DNA from: an uncultured candidate division Zixibacteria bacterium
GTDB lineage: Bacteria; Zixibacteria; MSB-5A5; UBA10806; 4484-95
NCBI GenBank assembly: GCA_963668625.2
Contig: CAXXKA010000001.1
Span: forward strand, 352,001 to 416,000
DNA length: 64,000 nt
Direction of reading: 5' to 3'
Shown here: positions 29,714 through 40,049 of the stretch, piece after piece
Layout: every line of letters begins with the position of its first letter
How positions within the stretch are numbered: the stretch's first letter is position 1
Made by a program: the position numbers and the translations under genes
The notes under the pieces: generated by a model
What the model saw: the letters and a program-made list of their open reading frames with translations, nothing else
Told to the model about the DNA's origin: nothing
Database searches by the model: none

Positions 29714-29956
29714 GATAAATATTTATTAAATTGACATTAATTTTTTTAACTATATCGGATTTAAAAAGCTTAAATTTAGCTAACTTTACGATAAAAGTTG
29801 AGATAACCTTACCATTATTGATCAATAAGTTTACTAAGGCTTTAGACGACCGAGGTGTCCGTAATATAACTATTACTGAAATATATAGTTGTAGAATAAT
29901 TAACCTTAATGAAAATTATATATTGGTGTATACGTTACCTGTATTTCAGATTGAAA

Positions 29957-30160
29957 TCACGCGACGATATCTATTATAGATTTCTGCATGTCGTTGGCGG
30001 TTTTTACTGCAGCGATATTCGCGCTGAGTGAGTTTTCAGCTATTATCATACCGACTTGAGATTTCACGATATCAGCTTTGGGGCCTTTAGCGGCCTCCTG
30101 AGCAGCATTCTCCATCAAGCTAATGCTATTTCTTATTCCGGATATTGAACTGGCAAACAT
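29957..30160 (-). CDS. Small flagellar basal-body rod/hook terminal-domain-like protein
   Basis: SSISGI...A N-terminal helix and D...QVGMIIAENSLSANIAAVKTANDMQKSIIDIVA resembling the FlgC/E/G C-terminal signature; GGGAG SD. Confidence 0.65.
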   Translation of the reverse strand: MFASSISGIRNSISLMENAAQEAAKGPKADIVKSQVGMIIAENSLSANIAAVKTANDMQKSIIDIVA

Positions 30161-30192
30161 ACGATTCTCCCTATTTTAAGATATCATTACTA

Positions 30193-30220
30193 TTATCGGA
30201 ATCGCATGCAGCAGAATTTA
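30193..30220 (-). promoter_or_regulatory. Putative sigma28 (FliA/SigD) promoter
   Basis: Minus strand TAAA-N16-TCCGATAA, about 30 nt upstream of the rod-like gene. Confidence 0.55.
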
Positions 30221-30343
30221 AATCAAGAGTAAAATAGTTTTAAAAAACAGCCGTTAATTGTTGAAAGTCAACCCACAAAGAGATATATAAGTCATAATCA
30301 ATCAATCAGATATAATAGAATTGTTGGATTAAATAAAAATCTC

Positions 30344-30376
30344 TTGACTTTATTTTACTAATTGGCTAAATAGCCA
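30344..30376 (+). promoter_or_regulatory. Promoter with ArsR-type inverted-repeat operator
   Basis: TTGACT-17 bp-TAAATA overlapped by TGGCTA-AA-TAGCCA. Confidence 0.6.
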
Positions 30377-30394
30377 TATAGGAAAGAGGTTGTA

Positions 30395-30715
30395 ATGAAT
30401 AATGATAAAATGATTGAACTTAAAGCCGAGGTGTTAAAAGCGCTGGGCCATCCCACCAGGCTGACTATCGTTGAGATGCTGGCCGAGGGTGAGAAATGTG
30501 TCTGCGAGATAAACGAGCATATCGGCGCCGACAGCTCGACGATATCCAAGCATCTCTCACTTTTGAAAAAAGCAGGTATACTATCCGACCGCAAGCAGGG
30601 GCTTAATGTGTACTACAAACTGGAGGTACCTTGCGTGATGAAATTCATCGGCTGTATCGCCTCGGTTATCGAGGCCAGGGTTAGAAAAGAAGTGGAGGCC
30701 CTGAAAACGGCATGA
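30395..30715 (+). CDS. arsR: ArsR/SmtB family metalloregulator
   Basis: LKALGHPTRL, EKCVCEI, STISKHLSLLK. Confidence 0.88.
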   Translation: MNNDKMIELKAEVLKALGHPTRLTIVEMLAEGEKCVCEINEHIGADSSTISKHLSLLKKAGILSDRKQGLNVYYKLEVPCVMKFIGCIASVIEARVRKEVEALKTA

Positions 30716-31890
30716 GAGGCCAGATAGCCAAATTCATATTAATACTCGCGGTTTTCCTTATCGCATATTTTATTCCGATCGGGGATTATCCAGACAGCAG
30801 CAGGATAATTAATGGCTTATACGAATCGTTGGCGATGTTACAGGAGTATGCCCGGGCACATGTACTTTTATGTCTGGTGCCGGCGTTTTTCATAGCCGGC
30901 GGAATATCCGTATTTATCCGCAAGGAATCCGTGATCCGTTATTTCGGCTCCTCGGCCTCGAACTGGTTATCATACTCGGTAGCCTCGATCTCGGGAAGCG
31001 TACTGGCGGTTTGCTCGTGTACGGTACTACCGCTTTTTGCCGGGCTGTATTCGCGCGGCGCCGGGATCGGGCCGACTACGACATTTCTTTATTCCGGCCC
31101 GGCTATTAATATTATGGCGATAATACTCACCGCCCAGGTGCTGGGGATGGAACTCGGAATAGCCAGAGCCATTGGCGCGGTCGCGTTCGGGGTAATTATC
31201 GGGCTTTTGATGAGCCTGATATTCGGGAAATCCGATCCCGAGGTAAAGGATGATACCGATGATTCTCTTGAATCATCAAAAACAAGGCCGTTGTGGCAAG
31301 AGCTGGTGTATTTCGGCTCGATGGTGGCTTTTCTGGTGTTCGCCAACTGGGCCAAGCCCGCCGGTGATTCCTCTGTCATGAAAATCATTTACGAAATCAA
31401 ATGGTATCTGGCCGGTATTTCATTTATCCTGCTGGCACTATCGATTATTCTCTGGTTCGGAAAAGACGAGCTTAGGGAGTGGTTTTCCTCAACCTGGATG
31501 TATGTCTGGATGATAATACCTCTTCTGTTTTTCGGCGTACTGGCTGCGGGATTTCTACTGGGTAGACCGGGTTTCCCGGCGCTGATCCCCACGGACTGGA
31601 TCGCCGGACTGGTTGGCGGTAATTCGATCTGGGCCAACCTGTTTGCCTCGGTAGCGGGGGCATTCATGTATTTCGCCACCTTAACCGAGGTACCGATACT
31701 CCAGGGTCTCCTGGGCGCTGGGATGGGTAAAGGCCCGGCCCTGGCGCTGCTTCTTTCCGGTCCGGCCCTGAGCCTGCCGAATATGCTTGTTATAAGGCAG
31801 GTACTGGGAACTAAAAGAGCTTTAACATTCGTATTTTTAGTGATATTAATTTCAACCTCAGCCGGAATAATTTACGGCAATTGGTTTTAA
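30712..31890 (+). CDS. ArsP/DUF318 family permease
   Basis: AVCSCTVLPLF, FLYSGPAIN, YFATLTEVP, GPALSLP. Confidence 0.85.
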   Translation: MRGQIAKFILILAVFLIAYFIPIGDYPDSSRIINGLYESLAMLQEYARAHVLLCLVPAFFIAGGISVFIRKESVIRYFGSSASNWLSYSVASISGSVLAVCSCTVLPLFAGLYSRGAGIGPTTTFLYSGPAINIMAIILTAQVLGMELGIARAIGAVAFGVIIGLLMSLIFGKSDPEVKDDTDDSLESSKTRPLWQELVYFGSMVAFLVFANWAKPAGDSSVMKIIYEIKWYLAGISFILLALSIILWFGKDELREWFSSTWMYVWMIIPLLFFGVLAAGFLLGRPGFPALIPTDWIAGLVGGNSIWANLFASVAGAFMYFATLTEVPILQGLLGAGMGKGPALALLLSGPALSLPNMLVIRQVLGTKRALTFVFLVILISTSAGIIYGNWF

Positions 31891-31905
31891 AACGATGGAG
31901 GATGT

Positions 31906-32169
31906 ATGAAAATTCAGATATTCGGCGCAGGCTGCGCTAAATGCAGCCGAGCCGGGCAAATAATGAAAGAGACCGCCGTTCAACTGGGACTTGTAGAGGG
32001 TAAAGATTTCGAGTTCGAGAAAGTTACCGATATCAAGGAGATGCAGAAATACCGCATACTGTTTACTCCGGGTATTGTCATTGACGGTGAATTGGTGGCG
32101 ACCGGCAAGGTGCCATCCCAGGGAGAGGCCATGCAGATGATCAACAACGCCCGAGCCGGTGAGGTATAA
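31906..32169 (+). CDS. Small redox-active disulfide (thioredoxin-like) protein
   Basis: MKIQIFGAGCAKC, TPGIVIDG. Confidence 0.85.
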   Translation: MKIQIFGAGCAKCSRAGQIMKETAVQLGLVEGKDFEFEKVTDIKEMQKYRILFTPGIVIDGELVATGKVPSQGEAMQMINNARAGEV

Positions 32170-32171
32170 TT

Positions 32172-32582
32172 ATGCGCCCGAATTTTCTGCTATCATCTTT
32201 GATACTCAGTTCGATACTTTTGTTCGCCTGTTCGCAATCCTCGGAGGGAGAAGGTCGGACCGGTGAATCTGTCGAGCAAGCAGACGAGCTTGCGAAGACG
32301 GAATCGCTGCCCAAGCTGCTTGATTTAGGTAGCACCACCTGCATCCCATGCAAGAAGATGGCTCCGATACTCGACAGCCTTGAAATATTATACGAGGGGA
32401 AAGCCGAGATCGAATTTATCGATATAAAGGAAAATAAAAGTGCCGCCCGCGACTACGGTATTACCTTGATTCCGACGCAGATATTTTTTGACGCCAAAGG
32501 CGATGAGGTATACCGTCACATAGGTTTCTTCCCGGCGGACTCGATAACGGCTCATTTAAACGAAATCGGCGCGGTCCTTTAA
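32172..32582 (+). CDS. Thioredoxin-family lipoprotein
   Basis: Lipobox LFAC, CIPC, IPTQIFFD. Confidence 0.85.
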   Translation: MRPNFLLSSLILSSILLFACSQSSEGEGRTGESVEQADELAKTESLPKLLDLGSTTCIPCKKMAPILDSLEILYEGKAEIEFIDIKENKSAARDYGITLIPTQIFFDAKGDEVYRHIGFFPADSITAHLNEIGAVL

Positions 32583-33259
32583 TGGAAACGATCGCGGCCT
32601 ATATTCAAGCCAATCCCTCGCTGGCGATATTCGCTGTGTTTCTGGGAGGGATCATATCCTCGGCCTCACCTTGTGTGTTGGCACTGGTTCCATTAGTGAT
32701 AGGTTACGTGGGCGGTTATTCTCGGGGCAATAAAAAGAAAGCCGCGGTCTATTCGGTAACTTTCGCTTTAGGCTTATCTATCACATTCACCCTGATGGGC
32801 GCGGCCGCCGGCCTCGTTGGCTCGATGATAAGCTCCCTGGGTTTGGTGTTTTATGTCATAATAGCGCTAATTGCGATAGCCATGGGATTGTCTCTCCTGG
32901 GGCTGTACGATATACCCAATCCGTTGCAGGGAAAAGTTCAACCGAAAACCGGCGGGCTCGTTGGCGCGTTTTTGATGGGTTCGCTTTTCGGGTTCATGTC
33001 TACACCCTGTGCCACACCGGTGCTGGTTGTCATACTGGCGTTCGTGGCGGTTAAAGGACAGGTGCTCTATGGAGTATTTTTGCTGTTCGTGTATTCGGTG
33101 GCTCATTGCACGCTGATAATTTTCGCCGGTATCGCCACCGGTTTCGTCGAATCGTTCGCTCGATCTAAAGGCGCGCACGATTTCTCCACCTGGATGAAAA
33201 GGCTTTCCGGCGCGCTGATAATTTTAGCCGGGTTTTATATCTTATATATAAATATCTAA
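32582..33259 (+). CDS. CcdA/DsbD-type membrane disulfide interchange protein
   Basis: SPCVL and TPCATP cysteine motifs, about 6 TM. Confidence 0.85.
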   Translation: METIAAYIQANPSLAIFAVFLGGIISSASPCVLALVPLVIGYVGGYSRGNKKKAAVYSVTFALGLSITFTLMGAAAGLVGSMISSLGLVFYVIIALIAIAMGLSLLGLYDIPNPLQGKVQPKTGGLVGAFLMGSLFGFMSTPCATPVLVVILAFVAVKGQVLYGVFLLFVYSVAHCTLIIFAGIATGFVESFARSKGAHDFSTWMKRLSGALIILAGFYILYINI

Positions 33260-33264
33260 ACGAG

Positions 33265-34365
33265 GTGACAAAATTGAAAACTACCGATATATTCCTGACC
33301 GTATTATCGCTGCTAATTTTAGCGGCCGCCGGTATTTTGTCGTATGCTACCGGTAATGCCGTTTACACCGCGACGATAATCGGTTTCACTTTCGGTTTCG
33401 CCATGCAAAAAGGTAAATTCTGCGGCGCAGATATTTTAAGCTCTATCGTGCTCTACAGAGATTTGAAAGGCGCTATAGCGGTGCTGGCCGTTATCGGGGT
33501 GAGTATGATAGGCTTTGGCGTAATGAATTCATTCGGCTGGGTTGTGCTCAGTCCGAAAGCAGTTAACCTTCTGCCGATGGTAGTAGGCGGTTTCGTTTTC
33601 GGAATCGGTACCGTACTCGGCGGGGGATGTATATCCGGTTCGCTTTATAAAGCGGGCGAGGGTAGATTGAACTCCATGCTGGCCTTGCTCGGCATAGGGC
33701 TTGGCGCTCTGATGGTCAAAGCCGGTGCGCTGAAAGGGTTCGGTCAAACGCTTAAAGCCTCGACTGCGAAGGTACGATTGCCTAAAAGCTTAGATCTTCT
33801 TACCGGTATTGACTATATTTACTGGGCGATTCTCGTATTCATAATCATGCTGATTGTCATAATCATATCACGCAAAAAAGCAACCGATGATAGCGAGAGC
33901 TTGTTTCATCGCATATTTCGGGGTAAATGGTCGGTCGTGACCTCCGGAATGGTGATAGGTGTCATCGCCTGGTTCGCCTATTTGTCCTCCGCCGCCTCGG
34001 GACGTAACTACCCGTTGGGTGTAACCGGCGGTGTGGCGGAGAACGCTGCGTTTTTAACCGGCGCACAAATGACTATCGGCGGGTGGCTGTTTATCGAGGT
34101 GCTGGCGATTATTTTCGGCTCGTTAGTTTCAGCCGGACTTTCCGGCGACCTGAAACTTCGCTCGGCCGATCCCTCGACACTGATTGTCGCCTTCATCGGT
34201 GGCGTATTGATGGGCATAGGCGCTGTTTTGGCGCATGGGTGTTTTATCGGCAATATCGTTAGCGGTTGGGCGCTTCTCAGCCTGGGATCGCTTCTCGCGG
34301 GGGTGTTCATGGTTTTAGGCAACTGGTTGGCGACCGTATTTTATCTCAGGGGGATACGCAATTAA
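33265..34365 (+). CDS. YeeE/YedE family sulfur-compound transporter
   Basis: KFC, GGGCISG, HGCFIG cysteine loops in a Gly-rich TM protein. Confidence 0.8.
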   Translation: MTKLKTTDIFLTVLSLLILAAAGILSYATGNAVYTATIIGFTFGFAMQKGKFCGADILSSIVLYRDLKGAIAVLAVIGVSMIGFGVMNSFGWVVLSPKAVNLLPMVVGGFVFGIGTVLGGGCISGSLYKAGEGRLNSMLALLGIGLGALMVKAGALKGFGQTLKASTAKVRLPKSLDLLTGIDYIYWAILVFIIMLIVIIISRKKATDDSESLFHRIFRGKWSVVTSGMVIGVIAWFAYLSSAASGRNYPLGVTGGVAENAAFLTGAQMTIGGWLFIEVLAIIFGSLVSAGLSGDLKLRSADPSTLIVAFIGGVLMGIGAVLAHGCFIGNIVSGWALLSLGSLLAGVFMVLGNWLATVFYLRGIRN

Positions 34366-34384
34366 AATTACCTGAAGAGGGGAT

Positions 34385-35443
34385 ATGGATAACAACGCAA
34401 AATGTGAAACTCGAAAGACCGGGCTTTCGGTTCTGGATAGATTTCTCACGCTCTGGATATTCTCGGCGATGGCTCTGGGAGTATTCCTGGGAGCTTACGC
34501 GCCCTCGATTACCGGCGCGATTACTCGTCTCTCTATCGGCGCTACCTCGATACCTATCGCCATGGGCCTAATACTCATGATGTACCCGCCGCTGGCGAAA
34601 GTACGCTATGAGGAACTCGGGGATGTATTCCGTAACTGGAAAATTTTAGGCTTGTCGCTAATCCAGAACTGGCTGATCGGCCCGGTGCTGATGTTTTTCC
34701 TGGCGCTGTTGTTCCTGCGCGACCAGCCCGATTATATGGTTGGTTTGATATTGATCGGCTTAGCTCGATGTATCGCTATGGTGATTGTCTGGAACGAACT
34801 GGCCCGGGGAGATAACGAATACGCCGCCGGGCTGGTGGCTTTCAACAGTATCTTTCAGGTGTTATTCTACAGTGTGTACGCCTGGATATTCATCACCAAG
34901 CTGCCGCCTCTGTTCGGCCTGGAGGGCGTTGTTGTCGATATAACTATCGGGCAGATAGCCGAGAGCGTATTTATCTACCTGGGGATTCCATTTATCGCCG
35001 GTTTCTTAACCCGTTTTATTCTGATAAAAGTAAAAAATAAAAACTGGTATCATGACAGGTTCATTCCCAAAATAAGCCCGATAACGCTGATTGCCTTGTT
35101 GTTTACGATCGTTATCATGTTTTCACTCAAAGGCGATACGATTCTAAAACTGCCTCTGGATGTAGTCAGGATCGCCATACCGCTTTTGATTTATTTCGTG
35201 CTGATGTTCATCATTACATTTTACATGGGCAAGAAAGCGGGGGCGGACTACTCGAAATCGGCGACACTGTCGTTCACGGCCGCCTCGAATAATTTCGAAC
35301 TGGCGATTGCCGTGGCCGTAGCGGTGTTCGGAATCGAGTCGGGCCAGGCGTTTGCCGCCGTAATTGGCCCGCTGGTAGAGGTACCGGTATTAATCGGTTT
35401 GGTAAATGTCGCATTCTGGATTCAGCGCAGGTATTATAAGTGA
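34385..35443 (+). CDS. acr3: ACR3 family arsenite efflux transporter
   Basis: [45 protein letters not shown]. Confidence 0.95.
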   Translation: MDNNAKCETRKTGLSVLDRFLTLWIFSAMALGVFLGAYAPSITGAITRLSIGATSIPIAMGLILMMYPPLAKVRYEELGDVFRNWKILGLSLIQNWLIGPVLMFFLALLFLRDQPDYMVGLILIGLARCIAMVIVWNELARGDNEYAAGLVAFNSIFQVLFYSVYAWIFITKLPPLFGLEGVVVDITIGQIAESVFIYLGIPFIAGFLTRFILIKVKNKNWYHDRFIPKISPITLIALLFTIVIMFSLKGDTILKLPLDVVRIAIPLLIYFVLMFIITFYMGKKAGADYSKSATLSFTAASNNFELAIAVAVAVFGIESGQAFAAVIGPLVEVPVLIGLVNVAFWIQRRYYK

Positions 35444-35585
35444 TATTAAGCCGGCAGATGTTCTCGTTTCATGCCTGGATGCAGGCATACGTGGTGGATT
35501 ATAGGAGCATATTCCAACCATAATATTCTAAATTAGATTTAACATGTTCCGATAGCATTCCGGTAATTTCCAAATTTAATACATC

Positions 35586-35615
35586 TTGACATAGTTTCAT
35601 TCAGGGTATTATCAT
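35586..35615 (+). promoter_or_regulatory. Sigma70 promoter, probably leaderless transcript
   Basis: TTGACA-18 bp-TATCAT, 6 nt before ATG 35622, no SD. Confidence 0.45.
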
Positions 35616-35621
35616 CCTGTA

Positions 35622-37640
35622 ATGAAAAAACGTTTCAAAATGCTATCGGGATTAAAACTTCGCTATCTGATGGCCTCGTTCGTATTTCTGACCGTTATCC
35701 TGATCGCCGCGGGTTATTATTCCATCCGGGCCGGCCAGGAGGCGACACTCGATAGCCTGGTGGAACAGGGCAAAGCGCTTACCACCGTAATGATTTCCTC
35801 CGCCTCTAATATTATAGAAACGGATCGCCAGTTGAAAGATATCTCCGTTGATAAAATGCTGGCCGAGATCGAGAATTTCAATATCTCGCACGACCGGGAA
35901 GTCGATTTACGCTATTTGAGAATACTCTCGGGCAGGATGCGTCTGACACGCGCGTATCTTCTGGATGACAGCCTCGACGTGATTTATGAAAATCTTACCG
36001 AGGAACGCGGCCTGACCGAGGAATTGGACAGCCTCTACCTGAGCTTTTTGCGGGGTATCGAGATAGACAGTACCTTCGATGTCATATTCGATTTTTACCC
36101 GGCTGGCGAACGATGGTTCATGTTCGCATTAATGCCATTCGATGATAACCGTTACCTGGTCACTGTCAGCCCCTGGTATGTCGGGCAGTATGGTAACCAG
36201 AGTTTATCGCTGGCATACCTGTTGAATCAGCTTTCGCAAGAGGCCGGTATCGAATATATAATGCTTCAGAACCTCGAGGGGATAGTGTTCGCCTCCAAGC
36301 TTATCTCGCAAACAACGCGTATCGAGGATGATGATTTTTTGGAAAGCGCGTTGGAGGCGGATACCGCATTGTCGAGAGTGATAGATTTCCAGGACAGGGA
36401 GATTCTGGAGATGGTGCAGAAATTCAACTCGGGCGAACAATTCTATGGGCTTTTCCGGGTCGGCTTATCGCTGTATGCTCATCGCCAGCTCACCTCGAAT
36501 TTGCAGAAGCAAATCTGGTTATTCATAGTGCTGCTGTTTATAATCAGCTTAATCGGTGTGGTGATCGTGGTCGGCTATCAGAACCTGAGTATCACCGAAG
36601 CCGCATTGACCAGAGCGACCGCCATCACGCAGTCGCTGCAGGATTCGATAGCGGGTATAGTGCTTTCCACCGATGAGAATCTTAAAATCGTCACCGCCAA
36701 TATCACCGCCCGCCATCACTTTGGACTACCCGACAGCGATATACCCGGCCGACTTTACGAGGAATATTTTCCCGATGACCCGTTCCGGGTAAAAAGCGTG
36801 TTAAAAGATAAACGCCCGCTGAATTTCGAAACCCAGATAAAAGGTAGCTCAGGCATCATGCAGCTTCTGGTTTCAACCAGTACTTTATATAGCGGCAATG
36901 AGCAAACCGGCGGCGTAATCGTCGTTGCCCAGGATATCTCGGAAAAACGCGCGCTGGAGAAGCAAGCCCAGCAATCGCATCGATTGTCCGAATTAGGTTC
37001 GGTAGCGGCAGGATTGGCGCATGATATCAGGAATCCCTTGAATGCTATCGGTATGGTGATGCAACGAATGGGGAGCGAGATCGAGGTAACCGGTGACAGG
37101 TCGGAGTTCGACAGTTTCCTGGACACATTGAAAAACGAACATACCAAGCTGAACGCCATAGTCGAGAAAATCCTGCAGGTCGCTCGTTCCAGCCGTCTGG
37201 AGCTTAAACCGGTGATGATTGCTCCTGTTATCGAGGAAGCTATAGCATTATATCAATATGAAGCCGACGAAAAAGATATAAGAATATTACCCGAATTACA
37301 AAATGGCGAGATAAACCTGAATGAAGTATCCTTTAAAAGTATTATCTCGAACCTGGTTAAAAATGCAATCGAGGCTATCGAGAAAAACGGCACGATCCGG
37401 ATAAAATCAATCTTCGCGGATGGTAAACTTCGGGTACAGGTTATTGATGACGGCCCGGGGATTGCCGAGGATAAACTGGGCAATTTATTCAAGCCGTTTT
37501 ATACGTTAAAGCAGGGTGGAACTGGTTTGGGGCTGGCCACCGCCTACAAAGCCGCCGCCGATCATGGCGGTGATTTGAAAGTCGAATCCAAACCGGGCGG
37601 CCCGACTATATTTACCGTTATAATTCCGACCAAGAGGTAA
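35622..37640 (+). CDS. Membrane sensor histidine kinase with PAS-like domain
   Basis: 2 TM, H-box LAHDIRNPL, N-box NLVKNAIEA, DDGPGI, GGTGLGL. Confidence 0.92.
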   Translation: MKKRFKMLSGLKLRYLMASFVFLTVILIAAGYYSIRAGQEATLDSLVEQGKALTTVMISSASNIIETDRQLKDISVDKMLAEIENFNISHDREVDLRYLRILSGRMRLTRAYLLDDSLDVIYENLTEERGLTEELDSLYLSFLRGIEIDSTFDVIFDFYPAGERWFMFALMPFDDNRYLVTVSPWYVGQYGNQSLSLAYLLNQLSQEAGIEYIMLQNLEGIVFASKLISQTTRIEDDDFLESALEADTALSRVIDFQDREILEMVQKFNSGEQFYGLFRVGLSLYAHRQLTSNLQKQIWLFIVLLFIISLIGVVIVVGYQNLSITEAALTRATAITQSLQDSIAGIVLSTDENLKIVTANITARHHFGLPDSDIPGRLYEEYFPDDPFRVKSVLKDKRPLNFETQIKGSSGIMQLLVSTSTLYSGNEQTGGVIVVAQDISEKRALEKQAQQSHRLSELGSVAAGLAHDIRNPLNAIGMVMQRMGSEIEVTGDRSEFDSFLDTLKNEHTKLNAIVEKILQVARSSRLELKPVMIAPVIEEAIALYQYEADEKDIRILPELQNGEINLNEVSFKSIISNLVKNAIEAIEKNGTIRIKSIFADGKLRVQVIDDGPGIAEDKLGNLFKPFYTLKQGGTGLGLATAYKAAADHGGDLKVESKPGGPTIFTVIIPTKR

Positions 37641-37642
37641 CA

Positions 37643-38980
37643 ATGCGAATAATGGTTATAGATGATGAGAAGAACCAGCGTGAATTGCTGGGCGGCTATT
37701 TGAAAAAACAGGGACATAAAATAAGGCTGGCCGAATCAGGGCCGATCGCCCTGAACCTTCTAAGCGACAGGGGAGCCGAGGTGGCTATTACCGATATGCG
37801 TATGCCTGATATGGATGGCTTAACGCTATTGAAGGAGATAAAGAAATTTTTCCCCGACACCCAGGTAATCGTAATAACGGCTTTCGCCACGGTCGAAACC
37901 GCGGTCGAGGCGATGAAAGCCGGGGCCTCAGACTACCTGATAAAACCGATAAATCTCGAGCAACTAAAACTGGTCCTGGAAAAACTGGAGAAGAATCAAT
38001 ATCTTCTGGCGGAAAATTCGTATCTCAGACGAAAGCTGGAGGTTATCGAGGGATTCCCTGATCTGATCGGCGAATCGGAGGTTTTCAAGAAAGTACTGGC
38101 GGATATCGCGATGATTGCCAAGGCCGATTCGACCGTACTGATTCGAGGTGAGTCGGGTACTGGCAAAGAGTTGGTTGCCCGGGCTATACACGATAGCTCA
38201 GACAGATCGAAAGGACCGTTTCTGGCGGTTAACTGCTCGGCATTACCGGAGAACCTATTGGAATCGGAGCTTTTCGGTTATGAAAAAGGCGCATTCACCG
38301 GGGCCAGCAAGAGGCGGATAGGTCGATTCGAGTTAGCCGATAAGGGCACGTTGTTTATCGATGAGATAGGCGATCTATCCCCGCAGATGCAGGTGAAGCT
38401 TCTAAGAGTGTTGGAAACCCACACGTTCGAACGTCTGGGAGGCAATCAGCATATAAATGCCGATATCCGAGTGCTCACGGCCACCAATCGCGATCTGGAG
38501 AAAAGTGTGGAAAGCGGCGAATTCCGGGAGGACCTGTTTTATCGGTTGAATGTTATCCCGATACATTTACCGCCGCTGCGCGAGAGGCAGGGTGATATCC
38601 TGTTGTTGGTAGAACATTTTATCGATAAATTTGCGGCTCAGTCGGGCAAAACTATCGAGGGGATTACCCCTGAAGCTAAAGATATATTATTATCGCATCC
38701 CTGGCCTGGAAATGTTCGCGAACTCGAGAATACTATCGAGCGAGCGGTTGTTCTTTCTCGATCCTCGGTTTTGGATAAAGATAACCTGATCGGATTTTCC
38801 ACTCCCAATCAGGAGATTGTAGCCGATACCCTGAATTTGGGCGAGTTGGAGAAACGAGCGATAGTCAAAGCTTTGCAGCGTACCGATGGTAAAATGGCCG
38901 AGGCTGCCGATATACTGGGGATACATCGCAACACGATACGCGCTAAAATCAAGCAGTACCAAATCAGGATTAAGGAATAA
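37643..38980 (+). CDS. Sigma54-dependent response regulator (NtrC/AtoC/ZraR family)
   Basis: REC domain, GESGTGKE, GAFTGA, FREDLFYRLNV, WPGNVREL, Fis-type HTH. Confidence 0.95.
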   Translation: MRIMVIDDEKNQRELLGGYLKKQGHKIRLAESGPIALNLLSDRGAEVAITDMRMPDMDGLTLLKEIKKFFPDTQVIVITAFATVETAVEAMKAGASDYLIKPINLEQLKLVLEKLEKNQYLLAENSYLRRKLEVIEGFPDLIGESEVFKKVLADIAMIAKADSTVLIRGESGTGKELVARAIHDSSDRSKGPFLAVNCSALPENLLESELFGYEKGAFTGASKRRIGRFELADKGTLFIDEIGDLSPQMQVKLLRVLETHTFERLGGNQHINADIRVLTATNRDLEKSVESGEFREDLFYRLNVIPIHLPPLRERQGDILLLVEHFIDKFAAQSGKTIEGITPEAKDILLSHPWPGNVRELENTIERAVVLSRSSVLDKDNLIGFSTPNQEIVADTLNLGELEKRAIVKALQRTDGKMAEAADILGIHRNTIRAKIKQYQIRIKE

Positions 38981-39094
38981 AATAAATGCACGCTTCCTGA
39001 TCGGGGTGAACAAATTCTGTGCACGATTGCCTGAACACCTGAAATAGGTATTCGTAATCCGTTGAAATATAATAAGATATACTTAACTGCCGTT

Positions 39095-39110
39095 TGGCAT
39101 GGATATTGTA
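39095..39110 (+). promoter_or_regulatory. Sigma54 (-24/-12) promoter
   Basis: TGGCATGGATATTGTA (GG-N10-GT variant); imperfect palindrome gtgaacaaattctgtgcac at 39006-39024 as a possible enhancer. Confidence 0.6.
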
Positions 39111-39141
39111 TTAATATATCGTAGGAAAAACGGAGGATATT

Positions 39142-39999
39142 ATGAAAAGACTGATAATAACAACGATCCTACTTGCAATGTTAATCCTTTTAGTTAACTG
39201 TGATGAGAAAACCGTATATGTAACCGAACCTATTACACCGGTCACGCCTACGGGTTTAACCTCTATAACAGGTGATGGCTTAATCCAATTGATGTGGTAC
39301 CCGGTCGATATGGATAATATCGATGAGTATGCTATTTACTGGGCATCCGGGGAATCCGATCCGACCGATTCTGATAACTATCAGTATATGGCCTCTGTCG
39401 ATGCCGCTTATTCCAGCTATTCCGACTACGATGTTGAAAACGGCTCAACTTATTATTACGCTATTGCGGCTTTCAACACCGATGGTGATGGCTCTTATTT
39501 ATCCAACTACGTAATGGATACACCCCGTCCTGAGGGACATAATGTAAGACTTTACGATATCAACCAGAGCGAGACTATCGATTCATCCGGGTATGATATT
39601 TACTATCAGGAATACCTGCCTTATGATAGCTCATACTGTGATATCTATCCTGTTTATAGTACTACTTATGGTTGTTTCTTTTTGACCGTCCGACACAACG
39701 ACTATTTCATACAGGATTATGGTTATGCCGCTGATTTCGATGATGTTGGCTACGCGCCCCCCGATGGTTGGTCGGCTTTCTCTGATGTCGAAGTGATCGA
39801 GGGGCATATGTATATGCTGAAACTAAATCATTTCGATGAGGATCACTATGCCAAGGTCTGGGTAACCGATGTGAATGAGACATCGGGTAACCGTTATATA
39901 ACTTTTAGCTGGGCTTATCAAATAGCCGCCGATAACCGTGAACTGAAAATCGGCGATAGGCCGATAAAGCTTAAAAGCGAGAGTGTCGAGTTAAATTAA
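39142..39999 (+). CDS. Lipoprotein with fibronectin type III domain
   Basis: LVNC lipobox-like, PTGL..ITGDG..QLMW, VENGSTYYYAIAAF. Confidence 0.75.
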   Translation: MKRLIITTILLAMLILLVNCDEKTVYVTEPITPVTPTGLTSITGDGLIQLMWYPVDMDNIDEYAIYWASGESDPTDSDNYQYMASVDAAYSSYSDYDVENGSTYYYAIAAFNTDGDGSYLSNYVMDTPRPEGHNVRLYDINQSETIDSSGYDIYYQEYLPYDSSYCDIYPVYSTTYGCFFLTVRHNDYFIQDYGYAADFDDVGYAPPDGWSAFSDVEVIEGHMYMLKLNHFDEDHYAKVWVTDVNETSGNRYITFSWAYQIAADNRELKIGDRPIKLKSESVELN

Positions 40000-40049
40000 A
40001 TTTAAACGAGGAATATAAGATTAATACGATAGAGATGAGAGGTGCCAAG

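Noticed and set aside
29731-29979. 82-aa TTG-start ORF
   Set aside because: AT-rich intergenic DNA, no SD, no motifs, overlaps the convergent gene
30712-34365. Selenocysteine recoding in ArsP/thioredoxin/YeeE genes
   Set aside because: All redox motifs are encoded as Cys and the ORFs are full length with no in-frame TGA
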